Under the pieces are notes generated by a model. The model saw only the letters and a list, made by a program, of their open reading frames with translations, made no database searches and was not told where the DNA came from. A DNA stretch of 64,000 bases. Source: Callorhinchus milii. Taxonomy: Eukaryota. Positions 62,056 to 64,000 of this stretch are shown here, in pieces; positions within the stretch are counted from its first letter, which is position 1; each line of letters begins with the position of its first letter. The DNA lies in contig NW_024704750.1 in the NCBI RefSeq assembly GCF_018977255.1, positions 8,370,001 through 8,434,000 of the forward strand, in the 5' to 3' direction. A program made the position numbers and the translations under genes.

Positions 62056-64000
62056 ACAAGGGCATTTCTAGAATGTGGAATAAAATCCCCATCATTCTTT
62101 TTCCTTTTCTCCTTACCTGAAGAGACCATCTCTTGCTCAGGTAACACCCAGTGCCACTTCTCAAGTGACTAATCATCATCTGTGATCCAAAGCAATTGAG
62201 TGCCATCAGGTTATTTGACCACAGAGAACATCACAAAGGAGCCCAATTCTATTTTTAATCCTATCTTCACCTGTGTGGATTTATCCAATGGTGGACTAGA
62301 TTGCAATCAGAAATGGGAACTCCAGGTGAATTTTCACTTCCCAACCTTGAGTTGCTAAGGTTAACTGTAGTATTTTACAACAACCTTGGCAATACAAATG
62401 TACAGCTCAGAAATTGTACCCTTGACCTTGATGTAAATGTTAAAAAATTGGTGTTGTAGTTGATGTACACCCACTTAGCCACTGACAGCCAGTCCCCATT
62501 TTTCCAATGCATGTATTTTAGCAGAAGCCGACTAAGTAATTGAATTGACTATTCTCTAACCAATTCTCCATTTTTCAGTTGTTTATTTTAGTACTTTGGA
62601 GAAAAGCTATCACTTTTTTCAGTCTTTACAATTGTTCTTAACTGGTTCTCCTTACTCAGATAAAGAAAAGCACATTTAGCATCAGATGTTGAATATATAT
62701 ATAATATATATATTCTAACATTACCATCAATGTTTCTGAACCATAGATTTTAGACTAAATTAAATCTGCCAGGGCTTGTATGTACTAAATCTTTGACCTT
62801 AAGAGCAATTTAAAAAGAAGAATTTACTCGATAAATCACTCTCGGAATAAAGTGGTTACAGTAAATCACCTTAAGCTCTACTCCTCCCCTTTACTCTTCA
62901 CATATTCAGATGCCTCGGCAGGCCTATGAAAGAGAGGGGCTTGAAGGGGTTTAGGGATAAAGCGGGTGGTGGGAATGAATTGATTTCCTTGCTCTGTGAG
63001 CTGGTGCGGACTCGATAAGCCTCCTTCTGCACTGTAGATTTCTATGTTTCTATTCACTTTTTCCTTCTTTATGAACCCTTTCATACAAAATCACTGGTAA
63101 AGTTCGGCATATGCACCCTGGCTTTGTTGCACTTTTTTTTGGCAACTTTCTCCGCTCTTAATTCTTTTGGGCATTTTAAAAGGACAAGAAAGTAAATAAA
63201 GACATATGGTTTTAACAAATAATAGTTATTTTGCAAGTACCTGAATCAAACACATTACAAGCTGGAATCATTAACTCGTAACATAATGGAAACCAGAAGA
63301 AGCAAGGCCATTGAATGGAGCACACTCTTTGAATTAATGCCAGGACTCCATCAGTTCATAAGCCAACAGTTTTCATGTTTCTATCCAAGTAGTTTGTTTT
63401 GCTGGCGGTTGCTTTGTTTTTCTGCACGCACACTGTATTTCTCATTGCTTTGGGAATCTGTTTCTGCCATTAAATCCATTCTGCAGCAGTTATTAACATT
63501 GTGCATTTTGTTTCCTCTTCCAGAGTCCAGGTAGACCACAGTCTGTCTGTCAACTGGATTTTTCAAAAACTGTGTCTGTGACAGAAAAAGATAAGAAAAA
63601 AAAGTCGCTTAAGGAAGTCTCTGTGTAAAATCTTTCACTGGGATTGTAGTTTTGGTGCCAATTCTACAGCTTTTCTTAAAAAAAATTGGCTCACAGTGTT
63701 TTGATATTGGAAAAACATTTTGAACGAATACACAAAACAGACATTATTCATTCCTACTATAAACAGTTGCAAGCTACAGCATTTAAGGGGATTTCCAAAG
63801 ACCTCGTTACAACAAGTGGAACTTTGGTCCTGATTTAGAAGCAAATTCATTATGATTCATAAGTTATTGCATTTTGACTGTTCCCCGGGGAGCTATTTTA
63901 CAGTTATGGTAAAGGGGTTTGAGAACAGTGATATTCAGCAGGAGAGATGATAGTATAACATACATCTTAACCCCCTTCAATGTTGTCAGCCTTAGTTGGT

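Overview
Vertebrate nuclear DNA, most likely a cartilaginous fish (inferred from tRNA/Deu-domain SINEs with L2 tails, shark-type CR1 3' tails and a palindromic Penelope-like element). All recognisable genes are on the minus strand. (1) A complete 9-exon DCAF5/WDR22 gene (CDS 23207 to 3060, 2946 nt, 981 aa, all introns GT-AG). (2) A tandem cluster of type I acyl-CoA thioesterase (ACOT1/2/BAAT-family alpha/beta-hydrolase) genes, labelled here A (36133-26334, intact, 459 aa), B (43147-39898, intact, 463 aa), C (47780-45446, exon 2+3 only, frameshifted, L2 inserted at the catalytic Asp codon, ends SKL) and D (52144-50205, with a 1-nt frameshift that hides an SKL terminus). The rest is CR1, L2, SINE, one solo LTR, simple repeats and possibly decayed exons of an unidentified gene at 55-64 kb. 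No clearly new biological system is demonstrable. The best candidate is the ACOT cluster: copies A and D share an almost identical exon 1 with a mitochondrial-type presequence but have diverged catalytic exons, and both SKL-bearing copies are damaged, which suggests organelle retargeting by exon-1 conversion. Exon coordinates were read by hand from splice sites. Repeat boundaries are approximate.
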